Shown here: piece by piece, positions 61,871 to 64,000 of the stretch
Layout of the letters: each line of letters begins with the position of its first letter
How positions within the stretch are numbered: position 1 is the stretch's first letter
Assembly: GCF_009914755.1 (NCBI RefSeq)
Contig: NC_060930.1
DNA from: the human T2T-CHM13v2.0 reference genome, Homo sapiens
Strand: one strand, 5' to 3'
Length of the DNA: 64,000 bases
The notes under the pieces: model-generated
Told to the model about the DNA's origin: nothing
The model's database searches: none
What the model saw: the letters and a program-made list of their open reading frames with translations, nothing else
Translations under genes and position numbers: made by a program

Positions 61871-62936
61871 TAGAAACAAACCTAATTGAATGTAAACATG
61901 GTGACATAGCCCCACACAAATAATCATTGCTCTGAAAGACTTAAGAACTTTGACTATACGTATTTCATGGCAAATAGGCTAAGTAAGGACTCTTCGTAGT
62001 GACATGTTATTATCATTTTTACATAGTCTTGGTAGGTTTTTTTCCTTTCTTCCCCTCTAAAATTGCACAGAATCTAAAGCTCCCCTCCTTCTCTCCATAC
62101 AATAGCGTCCATGGCACTGCAACTCATCTGCCCCTTCCTTTCAGAAAAGGAAATACGAAGATTAGCACACCAACACAATCTACATCCTGCAACTATCACA
62201 GAGAGCTGCACGTATTAGCATCGGGCTGTGACAAGCACTGCACCAAAAGAAAGAAAAAATGTCTGTGTTTTATTTTCTTCTAGATATCAGAAGCAGGCCT
62301 GGTAGGGAGTGTGCTTGGAATCCTTTTAAGAAATATAATAATCTTGAGTAACATCTAATAAGACCTAGCATTTATTGAGCGCTAAGCATATGCCAGTGAG
62401 GTAGTACTATGATCACAGCCTTAAGAGGAAAATTAATCCCATGCCAAGTGCCAGACCTAGAACACCAAGCTAGCCTGGTATTATACCATGGGAACCATCA
62501 TGTGGTATTATTAAAGTGACAGGACTCAGACCAAGACCCAGCAACCAGTCAAATAATTCTAAAGACAAGACTGAAGAAATTCTTCAGAGCTAAAATAGGC
62601 TCAGGAACTGAAATGGGAGGAGGAGAGAATCTGCAGTCAACACATGGCACAGAAAAAAACAACCCTGGATTTGGAATTAATGTCTCGATGTAAGCCACAT
62701 ACTCTGACATCCGAGGCAGAGTACTTAACCTCTCTGAGTCACTGTACTCACAGTGAATAAGCAGCTATAACCAGCTTCTCCAGACTAAATGGAAATTAAC
62801 ATAGATGTGTGTAATAATGTAAAATTTGTTAAAGCTATAAAGAAATCCAAGAATTTATTATTATTAGTTCCTAGGAAAGCAGGAAAAGGGGTGAAAAGAA
62901 AACAAAAGAGAAGGAATGACCCAGAAATTAATGTAA

Positions 62937-63226
<290 letters not shown>

Positions 63227-63913
63227 TAAGCTTTTTGACTGAGTGCATTGTAAGCTGAGCCATCCGACTAGCTGTTTCTGTGTCTCGGCTCTCCTCTCTT
63301 TTCTTTGCATCAGATTAATGGTTATAAAAACATTTTAGTTTATTTGGAGAATAATAATACTAGTAAACTTACCATATTCTTCATGTATTATTTGGGGTAT
63401 TTTTACTAAAATATTGTTGCGTTTGGGTTTAGCTAACATTACCCTATGAATATAACTAGCTTTAGATCCAGAGAGACTTTTTTCTTACAAACACCTAGAA
63501 ATAGATATTCTACATAGACAACATTTGGTAAATGTTTTTGGCTAGAAAAAAGGCCCAATTTCCTACAGAACCCAGAGATTCTTGGCATTGATTATAAAAA
63601 CAGATGGAAAGAATTGATTACGCTAATGAGGATGGTTCTGAGGATACTGAGGCTCCAACAGGGGGAAGAGGGGAGGGTTCTGCAGTAAGGAGATCAGTTA
63701 CTCTCAGTGACCCTGACATATGCCCTGTCCTTACCACCCAGGGCACACTGGCAAGACTTCCTGCCACCAGCACCTGCATCTCACTGTGGGAAAGCTTCTC
63801 TGGCTGCCCTATTCCACTCTTTCACCTGTGCAGAGGTCCTCGGAGATCACTGCTCCTGGGACGAGCTCTCAACCAGCAACGAATGGGTCTTGGGGTAGAA
63901 ATGCCCCCAGCTA

Positions 63914-64000
63914 GGCCGGACGCCGTGGCTCACACCTGTAATCTCGGCACTTTGAGAGGCCAAAGCAGAAGGATCTCTTGAGGCTAGGAGTTCAAGACCA
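63914..64000 (+). mobile_element. Alu 5' part (cut by window end)
   Basis: ggccggacgccgtggctcacacctgtaat. Confidence 0.92.

Overview
Human/primate genomic DNA. I recognise five internal coding exons of IPCEF1 (interactor protein for cytohesin exchange factors 1) on the minus strand: 53231-53158, 51316-51245, 44251-44193, 42830-42745 and 30020-29648. They splice in frame with canonical AG/GT ends and encode the C-terminal half of the PH domain plus the Ser-rich linker. From memory the locus is 6q25.2, inside the long 3' intron of a distal OPRM1 isoform on the plus strand; that overlap is not visible in this sequence. The rest is intron: a full-length but dead L1PA6/7, an RPL17 processed pseudogene, about 28 Alus, a THE1/MST solo LTR, old L1M/L2/MIR fragments, DNA-transposon fossils (MER30, MER2-like, Tigger4-like, MADE1, MER5) and microsatellites. 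Best leads, all untested inference: (1) the L1 keeps an open, extended antisense ORF0 pointing in the IPCEF1 direction, with a strong splice donor in the same phase as the host intron, which could give an ORF0-IPCEF1 fusion; (2) a candidate 6-nt frame-preserving microexon in the PH domain; (3) a repeat-poor island rich in minus-strand donors that may be an internal promoter; (4) a near-perfect non-Alu hairpin at 14.1 kb and a 160-bp inverted duplication; (5) an Alu orientation layout favouring circRNA. Repeat boundaries and subfamilies were called by eye and are approximate.
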